From NCBI RefSeq assembly GCF_009914755.1, contig NC_060938.1: DNA of 64,000 nt; one strand, given 5' to 3'. The position numbers were made by a program, and so were the translations under genes. Below are positions 1 through 13,377 of the stretch, in pieces. Under the pieces are notes generated by a model that saw nothing but the letters and a program-made list of their open reading frames with translations, was not told the origin of the DNA and did not search any database. The DNA is from the human T2T-CHM13v2.0 reference genome, Homo sapiens. Position 1 is the stretch's first letter; the number at the start of each line of letters is the position of its first letter.

Positions 1-1031
1 TTTTTTTGGAAACATGAAGCATATATTTCTCTGGCTAATTGGTATTTCAAAAGCAAGCTCAGAAACAAGGCAAGGACTCCAGAAAGTTTTTGTAGAAATG
101 TTTATTTTTGATGTAGCCAAGGCAATTTAAACACACACTTAATCAGAAGCAGGGATAGGTTGGAAAATAGATCTGAGGTCTCAAGAATTATCGGACGAGC
201 AGACTAGAGAAGTCCTAGGAATATTTTCTGGACATGGGATTGTGGGCTAAGCAAGTGAATTCAGCAAAGGAGGTCACAGGAGTGGATCCTGTCAACTCAC
301 CTTCCCGCACCTCCACCTCCACATTTACCTGCTTTGCTCCTTTCCTGCCAACCGGCCCACTAATCCTGAAACCCACCCCATTGCAGGAGCTGGTTTCCTT
401 AGAGACAAAACTAGGGCCAGAGAAAGTAAGTGTGCCGACCGGGCCAGGGTATTGGATGCTCCAAAGTAAGAAATGGTGCTGAGCCATAGGCTGAGGCTCC
501 ATGGGGCAAAGCCACTGCCAGAGCCTTGTGCCAGGGAGAAAGTCAAGGAGTACCAGGTTCCAGGAGTGAGAACCAAGCACAAAGACCTGTGCCCAGAGAT
601 GCCAGGCCGAAGGGTAAGGGAGAGCAGATCCCAGGTCACTAGCTCCAAAGTCCACGGATGCAACGGCTTATTCAAGAAAGGCTCAGCACTCATAGAGCAT
701 GGGCTGAGATGAAATTGGAAGCACTTACTATTTTTCAGCTGTACCTTTCATATATGAGTCAAAGAAATTCATGAGTAGACACTAATTCCCTTCCTTGTAT
801 TAGAAACAGGCATCTCTCTATCCTCTATTTCAAAGCTGAGGCCTTCCTCAGCACGCTGGATTCCATGTCCCTCTGCCTTCCCTATTACTGTGCACTAAAT
901 CACTCTCTCTGGCTCTGCTATCCTCAATCTTTCTCCCTTGGATCTTTCATATCATCCTATAAACCTATCCCATTTCCCCACACCGGGAAAACCAATGATT
1001 TCTTAAATGCTGCCTTCTCCCTTAAGTGACT

Positions 1032-1032
1032 T

Positions 1033-1073
<41 letters not shown>
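1032..1073. repeat. (GA)n microsatellite
   Basis: Direct reading. Confidence 0.95.
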
Positions 1074-1076
<3 letters not shown>

Positions 1077-1562
1077 CTCTGCAATGATGCACGTATACAT
1101 AGGTCATAAAATTGATTTTTCTAATCCAGAAAATTATGACAAAGGTCCAGATGAAGAGGAGCGAGATAGTATACAGTTGGCTTCTGGGCAATTGATATTC
1201 TATATCTTAACCTGAGCAGTGAGCATTCAGTATTTATTTTTTAATTTGTTAACTGAACACATAGGTTATATGGAATTTTCTATGGGTAGGTTGCATTTGT
1301 AAAATTTAGGAAGTTTTTGAAAACTGAAAGAACAAAACAGCAACAAATCCTGTGCTGGGGGTTCTGTCTCTTCTCCCTCTGGCGACCTTCCCTCTGTATT
1401 GTCTGTTCTTTCTCAGGCAGGTTTTCTACACAGCAAGAAAGTTTGCCATGAGCACACCTCACAGTTTGCAATGAGAGTGAAAAAGGGCACGTTTTCCCTG
1501 AGATTTGTATATCAGATCTCTGGGAAGACATTCATTGGTCTGCATGTGTTTATGCCCACATT

Positions 1563-1690
1563 CAGTCGTGTGCCGGTAACCTGGCTCTCGGCAAGGAGGG
1601 AGGGACTAATTTTTAGTGTTTGCTAATTTCTGTGGTGTAAATACCTCCACCATGGCTAATTTCAAGCTACTGATGTAATGCCACTTGTGA
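1563..1690 (-). mobile_element. MER63-like hAT DNA transposon fragment
   Basis: GGTGTAAATACCTCCACCATGGCTAATTTCAAGCTAC matches the remembered MER63 core. CAGTCGTGTGCCGG terminus. Confidence 0.65.
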
Positions 1691-1949
1691 AGTGGAAGGA
1701 GCCCATTCTAGCACGTCACTGCCACATCGCTGATCAAGTCACTGTGGCCAGGGTGATGAGACACATACTCTGTCCATCCTGGAGCAGGAAGCATAGCATA
1801 GTTTGGACAGGACACCATGAAGGTTTACTTCAACAGAATTACATGCAGCAGGGAGGTGTGGCTGGCCAAAGGAAATAAAGAACTAACACCAGAAAAAAGG
1901 AATGAATGCTGTGCAGCTGAAAAAGCACATGCCCATTGGACTTTAATTT

Positions 1950-2875
1950 TTTCCTTTTCCCTTCCCTCTTCCCATTCTCTGTGTTTGGTCTGCATGATCT
2001 CATCCATCTCCATGGCATCAATTCTCATGAAGTAATGATATCCAAAATCTTCAGTCCTCTCCTGGCTTCTGAGCTCCATCTTCACATTTCACCTGTCAAT
2101 TGGATATCTCCATCTGCACGGTCCCAGCAACCACAAACCATGCATATTGTTAAGTGAATTCATTCTCCCTCCCCACAAGCATGTTGCTCTGGTTCACTAG
2201 TTAAAGACTTCAGAGTCATCTCTGTCTCACTTCACTCTCCCTCACTCCTATCTCCCCACGAACAGCCCGAGTCCTATTGATTTGTGCCTCTACAATATCT
2301 GTGAGATATATCCTTCTTCTCCCCTTTCCAGTGCCATTGCCCGAATTTAAACCTGCACTGTCTTGCACCTTGATTTTTAGAGTGACCCCCTTCCTGCTTT
2401 CCAAGCCTCCTCCCATCCATCCAAACTTTAAACAACACAACTTTTAAAAAATACAAGTGTGATTATGCCCTATCCCTGGGTCAAGACTGTAAAGGCTCCC
2501 TGTGTCCATAGGATGAAATTCAGATCCTAACCCAGCACACCAGGCCTTTGACACCTGCTCAATCTTCATCACCTGGTCACACCAGGCATTCTCATGCTCC
2601 TTGGCTTTTACACGTGCTGTTCTTTCTGCCCGGAATTCCTTCCCCATCCATTGTTTTTACTGGACTCTTGCTCATCTTTCAAGTCCCAACATAAAATTGG
2701 ATCCCCTCTCATTACCCACCCTCAACCATAGAACTATCTAGGCTCCAACATCTTGTGATCCAAACCTTAATAATAATACTTACATTGTGTTATAGTTAGC
2801 CATTTATTAATAAATGTTTTGGATGAATGGAATGAATGGGTGGATGGATGAATGAATGAATAAATGAATGAATTC
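1950..2875 (+). mobile_element. L2 LINE 3' remnant
   Basis: Pyrimidine-rich L2-type text ending in AATAAATG...(TGAA)n tail. Confidence 0.7.
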
Positions 2876-3733
2876 TGGATGAGTAATGAATAGGAAAGGC
2901 AAATGGATAATACCCACCAAGCTCTGCAGTCCTGGAGGTTTCTGTTCAGTGATCAAAACCCCTGTTCTCCCTTATAAGCAGTAAAAGTTTTATTTAAGTG
3001 TTAAAAATTAAAAAAAAAAAAAAACAGTAAATTATCTACGCAGAGTCTTGACAGTTAGGACCATAAGCTCATCAAATAATTGGGTGAAAGATGCTGACAG
3101 TTCAAGAAGAACACATTTCCTTTTGAAAAAGCATCTGCATTTACACCTTATGTTCAGATAAACACATTTTTCTCCATTTCACTTATAATCAATATGTTTT
3201 AATATTAAAGAATTATTTTTGAGATATACCTTCTGCATCCGTCTGCTAGGAGGTACAGTGCTCCATGATGTAACAATAAAACCTTTTTGTAGTAAAGCTG
3301 GGATCACCATGAATCCTGAGGCATTGTCAGCTTTTTGTGTGATTCAGTCTACTAAAGTGAAGGGGTATTAACTTCATTTTCTCTCACTGTGCCAAAAGAC
3401 AAATTTAGGCACAAGAAAAGGCAAGTTTGACTCAAAGGAACATAATTTGATCAGCGTGCTCCTGTTTCTTACTCTAGCTTCTAGGACACACTTGCCTTCT
3501 TAAGAAGGATTAAATAACTTCAAGTGGAAAATTAAGTAAAGAGAACTGATTACCACAGAAATAAGGATCTTGTTATTATGTAAATGGTAAGACTGAAGGA
3601 GAAAAACTAAAACACAAAACCAAGGATAGACTGTGGAAGGAAAATTGAATCCAACTACAGTGTTTATCAAAATTTCATCTGCCAGTTTTAAGTTCTATAG
3701 GATAATATGGTTTTAAATTTTCAGGTCATCTTT

Positions 3734-4022
<289 letters not shown>

Positions 4023-4272
4023 TCATCCTCTAGTTATAATTTCCTTCTTCATATTCATATTAACATTTGGGTATCTTAAACATGTAAATGAAAATCATCA
4101 ATAAGCCTCAACTAAATTATAAGAGCAAATACTTGATCCTAGATTGAAGTTCCTTATGGCCCAATCTTTATCTACTGCAATAAAGGTCTGTGGCAGGAAT
4201 AGGAAATATATGGGAGTTTTGCCATTTTTCTCTTCCTCCCATGCCCAAGGTCAACAACAAAGAATCATAGCA

Positions 4273-4537
<265 letters not shown>

Positions 4538-4629
4538 TCATAGCATTTGTTATTGTGATCTGTATGCCAGTCTTCGAATCTTCAATACAACATTATCCGT
4601 GGCGGTCACCAGTAATGTATCACTGTTAG

Positions 4630-4990
4630 CCCACATTTCAGTCAGGGATGAGCAGGAAGCAGCTGGTAGATTCAAACTAGTAATTTTAAGGGTGCTTAAT
4701 ACAGGGACTATTGTTAACCTTTATCACTCTTAGGCCTGAAGGGACAAGTGGTTACAAGAATCTAGAAGGAGTGGCTACATGGAGAAGGCGTTTGACAGGA
4801 GCCTTTGGTGGAGAGAAGCAGTCTTTGCAATCAGACAAGGAGGGAGCTGGGGAATCCATACCCAGACCTCACTCTCCTCCCTCCTCCAGTCTCCTGCCAG
4901 AGTGTTCCATTAACCAAGCACAGTTGGTTCTGTTGCATGAAGCAGGGTGGAGAGTAGATTTGGAAAGGACAGTGGCAGACATCTGATTGA
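4630..4990 (-). mobile_element. Old ERVL-type solo LTR (LTR33-like)
   Basis: AGTCAGGG..GCAGGAAGCAG..TTCAAACTAGTAATT..AATACAGGGACTATT resembles the remembered LTR33 end. Confidence 0.45.
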
Positions 4991-6919
4991 GATAGGGTTG
5001 AAAACATGCTGCCATTTATAATTTCCCTCATTGTGCTGTCTTTGCATGTGAGCACAAAGACAAAACAGATGCCGATGCTAGGATGTCATTGACTTTTCAT
5101 GTCTTCATTTCCCAGTGGTTAGGCAGGAGTGAGCCTGCAGACCTCTAAGACAGATGATGCAATTCTCCAAGCTTAGCATTCTAAACCAATTGAATTGTTG
5201 GCAAAAGACTACCAGCCGATGCTTTTAGAAAGATGTGATAGACTATTTTGTTTCTAACATGTCTCAAGCAAAGCACCCAAGAAAAATTTCCTCCTCTTTT
5301 TCATCTGTCTGCAGATGGGATCCTTGTTTCTCCGGAGTCATCTGCAAGTGTTACTGATCTCCCCATCTGAAACCCCAGTCAGTGGAAGAGAGTGAGATTT
5401 CAGGGGAGTTTATTCATATCCAGTCTATATATTTTTGATTGAAACCTGATATCTTGACTCCAAGTGTCTCGTGATCTGCCGTCACCCAAATGTGTTTTTG
5501 AGGCTTCATCCCAGTGGTGTTTTCTTGTGCTGCAAATAGAAAGCTGATGCTTTCTTTCCTGTTGTGGAAAATGTTTGTATGTCAGTTTTCAGAAATAAAT
5601 ATTCTAAAACTGTCCATGGAACATTCTAGGGTGAATCTTAAGAGTGGAGAAGGCCTTGTTTAAGTAGGGTTTGGTTAGCATCTGGCCTGGATTTAAATGA
5701 TCACATTAGGAGAGCAGCCTGTGAAATTTCAGCTTAATTAACTATAATATTAACTATTAGTGCAAAGAAAAATGGGAGAAAGAGAGGAACACAGTGGGGA
5801 AAGGAAAAGGGAGAGGCAGAAGCTGGGAGACTGACTAGATTCGAGGAAGAGAAGAGGAAAAGTTCAATGCAGGTGCTTAGAGAAAACCATCAAAGATTGG
5901 AAGAGAACTAAGGGTTCAGTGACAGGGAGGCTAAGGGATGAAAAATTCCCAAAGGAAGGCATCCAAAGTGAGAGATTTAAATAGAATAATTAGGCTAGAT
6001 TGCCATAAAAAGACATAAAGGTATTGAGTTTTAGCATCTCGTCCAAAAAGTTTGACACAGTGAAACTTAAGAAATGCAGCAGTGGCTTAATGGATAGCAG
6101 GCATTTTTTAAAATTTGAGGCATGAGGCTAAATATGAGCTTGAACATGTGAGAAGAGGTTCCCATTAAAGACATGGGAGGAAGTGGCATCGTGGACACAC
6201 ACAGAAAGGTTATCTTGGAAAGATAAAGGACACAGCTTCCTGCCTCTGAGATCAGAGGAAGGAGGGTGGAATAAACATGAAGCAAATCTGATGCAAAGGG
6301 TAGAGGAGTTGAGGAAGTTTACCTAGGATGGCCTCCCTCTTCTCACTAAAGATTGCTAATGAAAGGAGCTAGGAGCTCTGAAAGTAGAGGAGTGCCACTT
6401 TAGATCATGTACTTGGAAAAGCTGATCTGTAAAAAGTCGTAAATGTCCACTTGGAATGCCTAAGAAGTATATTTGAGACACAGAATGAAGAGCAAGAAAA
6501 CAATGCTGCTATGGAGGTGGGGGGAAATGGAAGCTTGTTTTGAAAGCAAGCAATCCCAAAGACCAAAAAAAAAAAAAAAAAAAAAAAAAAAGCAGCTTCA
6601 CATTCACACTCTAGTTGTGTGCCTAAACTTCCTTCCTTGCTGATTTTTGCAATAAAATAGTAGACCAATGGTTTGGACATGTGTATACCAAAGAGAGCTC
6701 TGATAAATTAAAAGTCACCTTGGCAGAAAGCAGTGTTCTGGATCTGGAATGCCCATGGTATATCAAAAGGTTCTTTGCAGAACAACCCCACAGATCAAGG
6801 GTCTGAGGTAGGAGTTTCTGAGTTATCTAGAGAGCTAGGCTATGGACAGGGCAGGAAATTCCTTCATAAATTACCGACGTAGTATTTGCCTTTCCTAAAT
6901 GATCATAGAGCAAAGTACA

Positions 6920-7078
6920 ATGAAAATAGCACAGTGCTGGGCTCTGAGAGTCCAGAGTTCAAGTCTGGGACCCCTACTTACTATATGGGCAAGTTACTTA
7001 ATCTCTCTGAATCTGATCTATAAGATCTAGATAATCATACCTACCTCATAGAACTGTCAGAATTGGATGACATAATAA
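6920..7078 (+). mobile_element. MIR SINE
   Basis: GGGCAAGTTACTTAATCTCTCTGA...ATACCTACCTCATAG core. Confidence 0.75.
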
Positions 7079-8765
7079 ATTCCCCTTCTTCTTTCCCTAC
7101 CTGCCTGAACACTTCGAAAATTTCAAATTCTAAATTGTGGAAAAGAGTGTATTTGTTATATCCATCATGATTCTATAAACATCTCTCTTAAAGATTTAAG
7201 GATGAGTTTTTTAAAGTCATGAAAGTAGAGAAAGGAATTATCAGGGACAATCTCAATGTAAATCTGGAAAAACCAGTAAGATACAGGACCTCCCTGAAGT
7301 TTCCCTGGGGTTTCCTTCGGTCTACTGTTTGCTGCGACTGCTTCCAGAGCATGCTCTCCTGAATGTCTGAAAAGAGATATGACAGGGAGGGGGAACCTTG
7401 AGAAAGAGAAAAAAGGCAGGCACTCAACGAAATCAAGATAATGGAAGGTTTATGTCTCTTCCCCTAGGAATGACAGAATCGGGTATGTGAGACTTCCTCA
7501 GAACTGTCTAATCTGGGTGTCAGGAATTTGTTTCTAGAAAGACAAGCCCAGTCCTAGGATAGCAGAGCCATCTATTCTGAAAAGTATGATAAGTTAGGCA
7601 CAAAACTAACAATAGCTGCACAACTCATTAGGTTTCCTAGTCACAAAATTCTCAACATTGACATTCCTTAGCTTTGTAAAAATGTTGAAAGCAACCTCTT
7701 TACATGAAAAGCACACTACTTCAGCAAGAAAATGGAAGTGATGAGAGAAGAACTGTCATGAGGTTTCTACCTTGCATCTGCCAGCCTACCTGCTGCTGGC
7801 CTAGCCTCTACCTTCCCCTATTACTGTGATGACCTAGCCTTGCTCCTGCCCTCAGCCAAAGTCTCCACCTGGGTGCTGGTTCCACTGTCCATTGTACCCA
7901 AGGACATTTGCTCCAGCAATTCCCTGCCGCCTCCATCCCCAACCCTGCACCTTCAAGTTCTTCTCTACAGTGGCAGTCCTATCAACTTACAAACATGCTG
8001 TTCTTTCCTAAAAATAATTCTCTTCTCTCCCTACTTCCTCTTCCAGTTATATCCCATTTCCTCCTGTCTTTAAGAAGAAAACCCCTTGAAGGAAACATCT
8101 GTTCTTGCAACCTCCAGTTGCTTCTCTCTCTTTCTCTCTCTCGTGAACCCAGTTTGGGACCCCCACCTCTCCACTCACACTACTCAAGGTCACCAATGGT
8201 CAAGAACACTGTTAACTCTAATGTAACTTCTCAGACCTCCTCTTAATTGACCTATGGGCAGCATTTGGCAAAGTTGGATGCTTTATGCCTTGAAACACTT
8301 TTCTCTCTTGCCTCCCAGTTTCTCCCGGTGTTCCCCCAACCTCACTGGCAGTGTCTTCCTCATCCCTCCAAACCCTAAATGTTGGACTTGCCCAGGGCTC
8401 ATCTCTTGATACTTCGCTTTTGTAATTGCATTTACTGTCTTGGCAAACATTTCCAGTCTTACAACTTTAACACCACCTCTGTGCTGATGACTCCCAAAAT
8501 TGTATCTTCACTCTGGACCTCTCCATTAAACTCACAACCATCTACCCACTTGACTCTCCAATTGGATATCTAATTGATGTCTCAAACTTAACATGTCTGA
8601 AACCGAGATCCTCGCATTCTTCTTGAAACTATCTTTGCCTGCAGTCTCCGGTTGTTGGCTACTCCATTCTTCCACTTGTTTCAGCCCAAAGATCCTGAGG
8701 GCATCCTTGACTCTTTCCTCTCTCACACTCCCTATATATGATCTGTAGGCAAATACTGTTGGATC

Positions 8766-8784
8766 ATATATATATATATATCTA

Positions 8785-8835
<51 letters not shown>

Positions 8836-8840
8836 ATATC
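8766..8840. repeat. (TA)n/(TATC)n microsatellite
   Basis: Direct reading. Confidence 0.95.
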
Positions 8841-8967
8841 TGTCATTCCTAGGGGAAGAGACACCAGGGTCTTTGCACTTGCTGTTCCCTCTGGATTGCT
8901 CCTCTGCCAGGTATTCTTATGGCAAGATCCCTCACTTCCTTAGTTACTCCATCTTAGTTACTAGTTT

Positions 8968-9078
8968 TTTTATATATATAATAAATTATATATATATTTT
9001 TAAATTATATATCATATAATATATAAATTATATATATTTATAAATTATAAATAAAGTATATAAAATATATATATATAT
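8968..9078. repeat. AT-rich / (TA)n low-complexity tract
   Basis: Direct reading. Confidence 0.9.
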
Positions 9079-10989
9079 GTCCTTCACATTCTTCACATCA
9101 CCCTCTTGCTACCATTCTGTTTCAACTCTTCATCATCTCTCACTGCTGTGGCAGTCTCTAGTCTCTCTGCTTCTATCCTTGCCCTCTGAGGTTTCTTCTC
9201 AACCTAGCAGCCAGGGCTATTCTGTTAAAAAACATAAAGTTCAATCATGAGACTCCTCTGCTCAAAACCTTCCAAGGATTCCCATCTCATCCAGAATAAA
9301 AGTCAAGTCTACATGATGATGCCCTCTTATCCCTTGACCCCGTTTCCTACTGCTTTCCCCTCAATTATGCCAATGTAACCACACTGGCCTCTTTCCTGTT
9401 CTTCAAACAACTGAGGTGTGCTTCTGCCCCAGCGTCTTTGCACTTGCTGGTCCCTCTGGATTGCTCCCTCTGCCGGGTATTCTTATGACAAGATCCCTCA
9501 CTTCCTTAGTTACTCCATCTCAGTTCCTAGTTTCTTCTAAGGGCTTGATTAGGCTTGGACATCACCAAATGCTAGTTACTCTTCTTTCATCAGATCGGCT
9601 TCCTCCATATCAGTTCTGTTCTCATGCCTTTTGTAGTCATTCAGATGTTTGCCAGCAGCTTCCAAGATTATATCCTTCCAAGCTTGAATACAAGAGGAAT
9701 TGGCAAAGCCTTTGTCCCTTCATTATTAGCAAGCATCTAGCAATTTAGAAGCACAAATCCTTTCCATCTTAGGAAAGCCTATCCTGCTTTTCTGCTTCAT
9801 TTTTCCCCTCATTATTGTTTATCACTACGTAACTATACATTTTACTTACCTTGTTTGTCGGCTTCCTCACTAGAACATATGTCCCACAGGGTCAGACATT
9901 TTTCTCTGTTTTGTTCACAACTTTATTCGAGCACCTAGAACAGGACCACTCATGTAGTATTTGTTGAAAATTTGAAGAAATTGATTTTATTAATTGAATA
10001 TATTTGAGTAACCAAACATATTGCCATCCAATATTTTTAAAGGTATTTGGGGAGAAATATGGCAGAAATCTAGTTTAAACTTATGCCAGACCTGGGAAAG
10101 ATACCATGCAGTAGTAACCTTACCCATTATACTCAAGAATGAGATCTCCAAGAATAGCGTTTTCTTCGTTGCAGGCCACTGGCCAGCATCCAGCCAGACG
10201 CCTCATTGCCAATGAAAAGCCAGCTTCATGACCCTAAGGATAAGAAAACCAGTGCTCACAACTACCAAGCGAGGCATCACAGACAGGGTGGAATCACTTC
10301 TTACCGATTGATAACATCACAGTGATGGGATAATATCTCGGGGCAGTGAGGAAAGGTGCCGTGTTATGGTCTTGGTTATAGTTATGGTTATGGATAGGAA
10401 ATTTGGCTCTGTCCAGTTTGTGACCCAGTCACATTTCAAGAGCTCAGGTACCTTACTTGAATTAGATTTAATGTTCCTTTTGTATGAGTGAATCATGTCT
10501 TCTTTTTTGTTTTTGTTTTTGTTTTATTTGTTTAAAGAAGGAAGCTGTACTTCAAACACCCAGGTATAAGAGATTAGTGGATAATAAATATGTGGTAGCA
10601 TTTGAACTTACAAAGAAATTCAAAAAAGTTTTTTTCCCCTAAAATATTAATTAAGTGACTAGTTGTGCGATGTTAGGTAAGTCTCCTGATTTTTCGGAAC
10701 TGTAATGTCCTCATCTGTAATATAGTAGGGCAGGACATATGATCACTAAGGTCAGTTTCTGCCCTTTTGTTCTTTTGTTGTGACACCAATTAACCCTTAT
10801 AAGAATAAAATAATAATCTTTGTCTTATATATCTCATGTTTTGCTAATGAGGATCAAATGAAATAATGTTTCTGAAAGCTTTTGGTAAACTAAACACTTT
10901 GCCTATGCAAAACATTATTACTATTCTCTATAAGTTTGGTAAGATATGTTTACTGTCCCTAAAATATTTTTGGAAAAATATACAACTCT

Positions 10990-11470
10990 AATGAAGAGCA
11001 ATTGTGACAATCCTAATACATAAAGTACTTGGATAACTGTCATTTAAATTTCTTAAAAGCTTCAGGTGTGGCTTGATCAGCTTTAAATGACATCACCAGA
11101 AACATTACTCTTCTTTCTTCGGGTCAGCTTCCTCCATAGCAGTTCTATTCCCATGCCTTTTGTAGTCCTAAGATGTCTGCCAGCAGCTTCCAAGGCTACA
11201 TCCTTTCAAGTTTGAATACAACAAGAACTATCAGAGCCTCTGTCCCTTCTGTATAAGTAAACATCTAGCAATTTAGATGCAAACCTCCTGCAGTGTCTGT
11301 GACCTAGAGAAATGCAATATGTTTATTGGCTTAGACCTGGGCATGAGCGCTATCTGAAAGCTGGGCAGATCCCTGTCCAGCCCCGCTGGATGAGGAGTGA
11401 GTAAGGAGTGGATCCCCCAACAAAAAAAATGGTCCATTGAGAGTGTCCTTGCTGAAGAGGCAGGCCACAT
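10990..11470 (-). mobile_element. Old MaLR LTR (MLT1J/K-like)
   Basis: AAGATGTCTGCCAGCAGCTTCCAAGGCTACATCC and ATTGGCTTAGACCTGGG motifs typical of old MLT1 LTRs. Confidence 0.55.
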
Positions 11471-13119
11471 GTACACATTTCATACGAAAAATGTGAGCAT
11501 TAACTTTTGTCATAGCTGTTGGATAACCCCTCCAATTGCCAAGAAATCTGCACGTCGTTTTTACTGTGCAAACGAGCAGGCTGTTGGGAGACTTTTGTTA
11601 GTAGAAAGCTCTGAGTTTGCAGAGTAGAGCCAAATCTCCCTCAAGAGCCCATGCAGTCTGCTGTGTTTATTTTGTTCTTGCTTTCAGGTAAGGCTGGCTG
11701 GAACAGATCAGCCATGCCGTTAACAGCCATGAGAAGTGCTGTATCATTCACAAGCTTTGGTACAGACAATTTCCAGGCACCACATTTTCCAGGACACCTC
11801 AGTGAGGCATCACTCTCGCACAGTTCAGGGAGGAGAACTCAGTCTATCCTCCGAGAGCACATTAAACACAAGTTTGTGGGTTTGGTGGTTAGCTGCCAAC
11901 AAGAAGACTGATCTCTGAATAAATAGTTCATGACAGGAGGACTCCAGAGTTCTTGGCAGAAAGAGGTGTTTCCAATACTAATGCTCCTTATGGCCGGCAA
12001 GGCGCATATGCTAAGTGGTCCATGTTTACTGGTAGTATTTGCATAAAGGATCAGCTCTCTTATTTTATTCAATGCCAAGATTTCCCAAGATGAAGGAGAT
12101 GGTGGATCCTCAGCACGAATATGGTAATGTGGCTGGTGCCACTACAAACCCTGTAAACAGTGTAACTGTGGAGGCTGTACCATCAACGTGACAGGTTTTC
12201 ACATGAGATTACACTGCTATGAATATGAATTTTCCTCTGTGGCATGTGAGAACTGAATCTTACAATGGAAGCTCTGCTACAAGGAGATTTGGTTAAGCTG
12301 TCAGACTGTTAAATAAGTGGTCTCTTACAATTTGTTTATACCTCTACTGAGCACAACGTTTCAATAAAGAAGGAGAATTTTAACTGCCTGAAGGGAAATG
12401 GGAAAGAGATTAGAGAGTCTCTGTTGGTGGCTGACCTTTATCTCATTTCAGGGACTTTATTTTTCTAAGCATTGAGGAGCAAATAGTAAGAAAGTTGCTT
12501 CTAAAGATTCTGAGGAAAACCCCACATCTGTTAAAATAACTAAATGAGCCCCTGTTAGCCAAATCAGGGGCTTTCTCACACTAATTTGTAATGGGAAATA
12601 GGAATTAAGGTCCACAGTGGCAAAACGATTTTACCTTTTTCCTACTTTCACTGTGATGCCTTGTGATTTAATATGACTCTAAACTAGTCTCTCGTGTGAA
12701 GGCAAGGTTAAAGAACGAGAAAGAATGAAAACTCCTAAGGTCTGGGGTTCACAGGATGTCCCTTGCAAACTATTTGCCTGCCTAAATATTTTGGTTCTTT
12801 TGGTTTTTGTGATTGCTAAATTCTGTCCCAGAGTATTTGTCACCAGAACGACTACAGAAAAATTTGGTTAACAATGAAGTGCCAAAAGCAACTGCTGCAG
12901 CTAATTCTGATGCTCCCAACAGTCAGAACCAGCTGCTCTCCATAAGGGATTCATCTGTGGCCATGTCTAAACTCCTGTATACAAAACGGTGGGAAGGGAT
13001 CGGCTGAAGCATGCCAATGTAGCCTTTATTTATTCATGATGGGATTGGAAAAAACACATTGAAGGCAGTTTTTTCTCGAAAAGTTTTAGAGAGACAATTA
13101 TTTGCCACTTGGCAAAGGC

Positions 13120-13377
13120 AGGTAGGCAAGTGTCATGGTTAAGTGTTCAGATGCCAGGAAGAGATGGACCTACTCAAGCCACCTACTAGCTGTGTGACCT
13201 TAGGAAAATTACTCAATCTCTCTGGTACCTGGTTTTGTCATCTCTAACATGAGGATAATATTAGTTTCTAATGCAGTATTGTCTTGAGAATTAAATGAGA
13301 TAATGGGCATAAAGTTCTTAGCATAGTTTCAGGCCCATTTGAAGTGCTAGATAAATGTTAGCTATTATTATTATTAC
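13120..13377 (+). mobile_element. MIR SINE
   Basis: CTAGCTGTGTGACCTTAGGAAAATTACTCAATCTCTCTG...AATTAAATGAGATAATG...AAATGTTAGCTATTATT. Confidence 0.85.

Larger units (their letters stand above)
7730..9970 (+). mobile_element. L2a LINE 3' portion, interrupted by two insertions
   Basis: L2 motifs (CTCAAACTTAACATGTC, CTCTGCTCAAAACCTTCCA, GCACCTAGAACAG...TATTTGTTGA) colinear across the interruptions at 8766-9078 and ~9510-9760. Confidence 0.8.

Noticed and set aside
215-712. Four overlapping ORFs at the window start
   Set aside because: No recognisable homology or consistent exon structure.
12813-13007. 64-aa ORF after an acceptor-like tract
   Set aside because: No matching strong donor and no recognisable homology.
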